From Torpedo marmorata (taxonomy: Eukaryota), in contig OZ360221.1 in NCBI GenBank assembly GCA_977017645.1, forward strand, positions 83,080,001-83,144,000: DNA of 64,000 nucleotides, written 5' to 3'. The translations under genes and the position numbers were made by a program. Under the pieces are notes generated by a model. The model saw only the letters and a list, made by a program, of their open reading frames with translations, made no database searches and was not told where the DNA came from. Positions 59,945 to 64,000 of this stretch are shown here, piece after piece. Within the stretch, counting starts at the first letter, position 1. Every line of letters starts with the position of its first letter.

Positions 59945-62493
59945 TAACTAAAAATGACAATAGTATACATAATTGAATGTAACAGACAATAATACAAAAA
60001 AGATAACACATATTCACAGTTATCCTAGTGCACAGAAGGTCACTTTGCAATAGAGCAGACAATGCTTTTGTGGTAAAGATTGAGAACCATGATAAATGTG
60101 GCTGGGATGTGGTCAGTGCACTGTTGACTTGCTGTTCACACATTTTTGGACCTTGAACTGCCTGGTGCCATCTTGAACTGTTTATATGCTAAGCTTGGAG
60201 CTCTGAGATCAGAAATTATTCACAGCTTCAATAGCATTGATATTTTTTCTATCTTTTTACTCCACTGTCAACCAAAGAATCCTTTTGTGTTTGAAATTAG
60301 AAATGTTAGATGATTGTGGTAATAGCATTGAAAAATTAAAAGCAGGATAAACACAATATCCCTTTGATCTTTTGATAGTGACTTGAATCAAAATAAGTTT
60401 AAACCTGACTATCTTGTCCGATAACTGCTAATATTTAGAATTTGCGATCTGTTTTCACCTTCTTCATCTGGTGGCAATTCTTGAATTTGTTGGATTCTTG
60501 AGCTCAGAAAGTCTTAATTAAATATTAATATATATCTATTTCATAATCTCACAAAACCAGATGCACATTTGGTTTGGAGCTTACTTTATTGACCTTTGGA
60601 CAAACTTCTTTTCATAAATTTTCCATTGTCGCAATACTAAGTGTCCAGTGATAAACTGGGGTGAATATTCTGTAAGTCAGAGATGATAATAATGCAGTAA
60701 AGTACAAAAGTCACAAATGGACTGGTTAGGTAGCAGATTCAGCTTAATGCATTGTACATGTTAGAGAAGGAATTTTAATTATAAGATCCTTACCAGAGTG
60801 CGTGAACAAGAAAATTAAAGGGGCCTAAAAAAAAACTTCAAAAGTTGAACTAAAAATAGAAACAGGTCTAGATTCTGCTTTTTTAAAAATATTGGGCCAT
60901 TAGCACACAAACAGGTTGATGCCTTACTTATTCAAAGTATTGGCTTGCCTGCAGAATGCAGAGGGTAGCAGTAGATAGAACATATTCTGCCTGGAGGTCA
61001 GTGAGTAGAGGAGTTCCTCAGGGATCTGTTCTGGGACCCCTGCTCTTTGTGATTTTTATAAATGACCTGGACAAAGAAGTGCAAGGATGGGTCAGTAAGT
61101 TTGCACATGACACGAAGTTGGGAGGTGTTGTAGATAGCATACGAGAGGTTGTCGTAGGTTACAACCGGATATTGACAGGACGCAGAGTTGGGCGGAGAAG
61201 TAGCAGATGGAGTTCAATCCGGATAAGTGTGAAGTGATGTATTTTGGAAGGTCAAATTTTAAGGTGGTGTATATGGTTAATTCCAGAATGCTTAACAAGG
61301 TTGCCGCACAGGTTGATAGTGTAGTTAAGAAGGCTTCTGCTATGCTGGCCTTCATTAGATGGGGGATTGTGTTCAAGAGCCGTGAGGTACTGTTGCAGCA
61401 CTATTCACTTTATTTACTTTGCTGCTAACTTTCACCCCGACCTCAAATTCACTTGGTCCATCTCCCCTTTTTGATCTCTCTGTCTCCATCTCAGGAGACA
61501 AGCTTCTACAGATATTTTTTACAAACCTACCAACTCCCACAACTACCTCGACTACACTTCTTCACACCCAGTCCACTGCAAGGATTCTATTCCTTTCTCT
61601 CAATTCCTCTATCTCCATAGTATCTGCTCCCAAAATTAGGTTTTCCAGTCCAGATCATCCGAGATGTCCTCCTTCCAAAAATGTGGCTTCCCCTCCACCA
61701 TCATCAACTCAGCCCTTACCTGCATCTCCTCTATTTCCCGCTCATCTGTCCTTGCCCCTCTGCTCCCAGACGAAAAAAAACAGGATTCCCCTTGTCCTCA
61801 CCTACCACCCCACCAGCCTCCACAGCCAACACATTATCCTCCGTAATTTCCGTCACCTACAACATGATCTCACCACCAGACACTTCTTCCCTTCTCCTCC
61901 CCTCTCCACCTTCCATAGGGACCGCTCCCTCCATGACTCCCTTGTCCACTCACCCCATCCCATCAATAGCCCCCTTGGCACCTTCCTCTGCGGCTGCAGT
62001 AAGTGCCACACTTGTGCACACACCTCCTCCCTCACCACCAGTCGGGGCCCCAAACACTTGGGAGAGACTGGACGCAGAGTGGGAGATTGCTTCACTGAGC
62101 ACGTTTGCTCTCTCCGCATCAATGACAGGTATTTCCCAGTGGCCAACCATTTCAATTCTGCACCTAACTCCGACATTGACACGTCTTTCCATGGCCTCAT
62201 GTACTGTCAAACCAGGACCACCCGTAAATTGGAGGAGCAACACCTCCAACTGGATGACATTAACATCGACTTCTCCGGTTTCTGCTAGCTTACTCATTGT
62301 TCTTCCTCTCTTCCCCATCCCTCTGTCATCTTTCCTAGCCCCTTCCCTTTCCATTCACAGAGCCACCCCCCCTCCCCGTTTACTGGTTTGCCCTCCCTCC
62401 CTTATCCACCTAATACCTCCTGCCTGTGGGACAATGCTCCTCCCCTATCCCTCCCCCCCACAATTTTGTTCGAACGCCTGCCTACATTTTGCT

Positions 62494-62534
62494 CATACCT
62501 TGATGAAGGGCTCAAGCCCGAAACGTTGGTTATG
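62494..62534 (+). ncRNA. Minimal type-I hammerhead ribozyme-like motif in a Penelope pLTR (similar copies at 59838, 12955, 58240, 52810, 18838, 9441)
   Basis: catacc-TTGATGA-a-gggc tcaa gccc-GAAA-cg-TT|ggttatg. Stem I (catacc/ggt[t]atg), a 4-bp stem II and a palindromic ACGT stem III. Confidence 0.6.
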
Positions 62535-62613
62535 TATCTTTATCTTTGCTATATAAAGTACACTGTTTGACCAGCTGATTTTCTCCAGCATTTGTTTTTA
62601 CTTCAATCACGGT

Positions 62614-63428
62614 AGGAACCTTTACCTTTACCCTTTCACACTGGCACCATTTACCGGTTAAGGGTCCAGTGTGAAAACGATTTAATCGGCACGCCGGTGT
62701 CAAATCATACCGGGGAAGGACTGCCGAGACCCCTACTCTCATCCCCGGCGTCAACTGACGCCTGCATGCCGATTAGCCCAGTGTGAAAGGGACACTTACT
62801 ATCCAGGGACAAAGTAGTGACACGTTGATGACGTTTTTGCGTGAGTGCAGGAACGTGAAAGAAACAAAAGATTAAAAAGAAGGTATAAACTTTGCCGACC
62901 TACATAAACCTTTATAAATTTCTAAAGAACCGTGGGAAAGTCGCAGCGGGAGAGAGAGAGAGAAAGCGATGGCGGACCTGGCCTCCCAGAATTCCGTACG
63001 GCAGAGAAACTCCTCCATGAATGCTTTGTGCATACAGCTCTTTCTCTGCCGCACGGAATTCTGGGAGGGCAGATCCGCCATCGCTCTTTCCCACGGTCTT
63101 TATAAATTGTCCGCTATTGCAGCTACAACTTTCCCACGGTCCTTTATAAATTTATATAGGTTTATATAGGTCGGCACAACAACAGGGGCTGAAGGGCTCA
63201 TACTGTGCTGTACATGATCAGGATTTAGGGCAAGTCCACCATCGCTCGATGTGTCACTCAGACGTCACCGGTGGAGGATAAACTCCCCTATTCCTGGGGA
63301 TGCCTTGTGATGAGTGTGAAAGGACGCAGTGTCCCGGTTAACATTGACCCAGTGTGAACGGCAAAAATGGCTTCTTTAACCGGGACACTGAACGGCCAAT
63401 TTACTGGTTAGCCAATGTGAAAGAGGCT
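62614..63428. mobile_element. PIF/Harbinger-like non-autonomous DNA transposon
   Basis: 3-bp TSD ggt. TIR-like ccctttcacactggc and gccaatgtgaaagaggct. Repeated cagtgtgaa(a) subterminal motifs. The pLTR flanks rejoin as aatcacggtgtctgcagac. Confidence 0.75.
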
Positions 63429-64000
63429 GGTGTCTGCAGACTTTCATGTTTTACTCGCAGCTCTATAAAACTCTGGTTAGACTACACTTGGAATATTGTG
63501 TTCAGTTCTGGTCGCCTCATTACAGGAAGGATATGAAACTTTGGAGAGGGTGCAGAGAAGATTTACAAGGATGTTGCCTGGATTGGAGAACGTGTCTTAT
63601 GAGGCAAGGTTAACAGAGCTAGGGCTTTTCTCTTTGGAGCGAAGAAGTGACAATAGAGGTCTACAAGTTTATGAGAGGTATAGATAGGGTGGACAGCCAG
63701 CACCTTTGTCCTGGGGTGACAGTAGCAAATACCAGAGCACATATAAGCTGAAGGGAGAAAAGTTTCGGGGAGAAGTCAAGGGTACGTTTTTTATACAGAG
63801 AGTAGTGGGTGCCTGGAATGGATTGCCTGGGGTGGAGGTGGAGGCTTGTACAATCGTTACATTTAAAAGACTCTTAGATAGGCATATGGATGCAAGAAAA
63901 ATAGAGGGTTATGGGTGTGAGGTAGGGAAGGTTTAGATCGTTGAGTAGCTTTATATAGGTCGGCACAATATCATGGGCGGAAGAGCGTGCACTCTGCTGT

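Larger units (their letters stand above)
61405..63456 (+). mobile_element. Penelope-like element with pLTR, itself interrupted by a MITE
   Basis: RIPLVLTYHP...CGCSKCHTC...GETGRRVGD. 10-bp TSD with one mismatch (61395-61404 and 63457-63466). Confidence 0.85.
60950..64000 (+). mobile_element. CR1 fragment (60950-61404 and 63457-64000) split by a Penelope insertion
   Basis: [20 protein letters not shown] and FFIQRVVGAWN. The halves rejoin across gcagc(a/t)ctat. Confidence 0.85.

Noticed and set aside
62872-63169. Near-identical ORFs on opposite strands (MADL.SQNSVRQR)
   Set aside because: An artefact of the palindrome; no evidence of coding.
49074-64000. Next integrin exon (expected to resemble ELKNLIPKSAVGTLS...)
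   Set aside because: I found no convincing match with splice sites in the non-repeat stretches. It probably lies beyond the window or is too diverged to see by eye.

Overview
Vertebrate genomic DNA, most likely from a cartilaginous fish (shark/ray-type V-SINEs, CR1, Rex1 and Neptune-type Penelope elements). The only host gene I can support is four + strand exons (419-589, 10023-10216, 47415-47567, 48978-49073) of an integrin beta-1-like gene. They splice in frame at GT-AG sites into most of a betaI (vWA) domain. This domain keeps its fold residues and cysteines but has lost most MIDAS, ADMIDAS and SyMBS metal ligands and 15 aa of the beta2-beta3 specificity loop, so it looks like a metal-independent 'pseudo-betaI' integrin paralog. 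A CpG-rich segment with a perfect splice donor lies just upstream. The introns are packed with often deeply nested transposable elements: an intact full-length L1, a Gmr1-like Gypsy (INT before RT) with two solo LTRs, a Mag-type Gypsy, Tx1, CR1 and Rex1/Babar LINEs, Penelope elements with minimal hammerhead-like motifs and fold-back derivatives, V-SINEs and two MITEs. All calls are by eye; no database searches were run.
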